This document shows positions 63,379-64,000 of a stretch of 64,000 nt of DNA, piece by piece. Source of the stretch: Podarcis pityusensis. Its lineage: Eukaryota. A program made the position numbers and the translations under genes. The notes below the pieces were generated by a model. The model was not told where the DNA came from and made no database searches. It saw nothing but the letters and a program-made list of their open reading frames with translations. The stretch is taken from assembly GCA_964106645.2 (NCBI GenBank), contig OZ067047.1; one strand, written 5' to 3'. Position 1 is the stretch's first letter. Every line of letters starts with the position of its first letter.

Positions 63379-63886
63379 TAAAAAACACAAAATACATAAT
63401 AAAAATAAAGAAAACCCAATAATTCCCCCTGCTGGCATCAGTCCAGTCAGTAACAGGCAAGCATCAGGATGACCATCTGATTAGAAACTGTGCACATGGC
63501 TTCAGTTTTTACCTCCACTAATGCATCCAAGCACAGAAAGGCGAAGGCATGAAGGCCTCTGCTCCTCTTTCACCCCTCTCTAACCACCATGGACTTCAAC
63601 CTAGCAGAGCACCTCTGCAGCCACCACTGACAAGAACTCCATTGTATTTGACTAATAGGGAAGTTTTTAATGTTTGAAAGTTCATTCTGTTTTTAGACCT
63701 TTGTTGGGAGCCATCCAGAGTGGCTGTGGAAACCTGGTCAGATGGGTGGGGTTCCGTTTAAAAGGCATATAACATGACACATAAATATCCCTCCACCAAA
63801 TAGCATAGGAAACCTGTTTTATACTGAATCAGCTATTGGTCAAGCAAGAAGTAAATCCCATCGCAATTCGCTGACATTTACTAAGC

Positions 63887-64000
63887 CAGGCATCCCCAAA
63901 CGTGGCCCTCCAGCTTTTTTGGGACTACAATTCACATCATCCCAGACCACTGGTCCTGTTAGCTAGGGATGGTGGAAACTGTTGTCCCAAAACAGCTGGA
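63887..64000. mobile_element. hAT-type palindromic MITE cut by the window end
   Basis: caggcatccccaaac start; same family as 5013-5148. Confidence 0.8.

Noticed and set aside
62903-63419. CpG-island promoter or GC-rich gene with overlapping ORFs
   Set aside because: It lies wholly within a TSD-flanked non-autonomous hAT element, and GC richness explains the lack of stops

Overview
Vertebrate genomic DNA, almost certainly from a squamate reptile and probably a lacertid lizard, judged from Sauria SINE and Squam3-type SINEs with (CTT)n tails. Positions 3690-23202 (+) hold ten coding exons of SLC6A15 (B0AT2, a Na+-dependent neutral amino-acid transporter). All introns are GT-AG and the phases are consistent; the start-codon exon lies upstream of the window. 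The 3'UTR runs to poly(A) signals at about 24.0-24.25 kb. The remaining ~40 kb has no recognisable host gene and carries many transposable elements. These include a young Penelope-like (Neptune-type) insertion with a 627-bp inverted repeat, a 12-bp TSD and two minimal hammerhead ribozymes, and a 3.5-kb 5'-truncated L1 with a nearly intact ORF2. There are also two short L1 copies (one apparently an ORF1/ORF2 chimera), L2 and CR1 remnants, several SINE families, hAT and Tc1/mariner MITEs, probable solo LTRs, microsatellites and a 242-N assembly gap. I found no convincing novel multi-gene system. The most interesting items are the inverted ribozyme-bearing Penelope element, the chimeric L1, a long antisense ORF, small hairpins and a candidate spliced antisense transcript.
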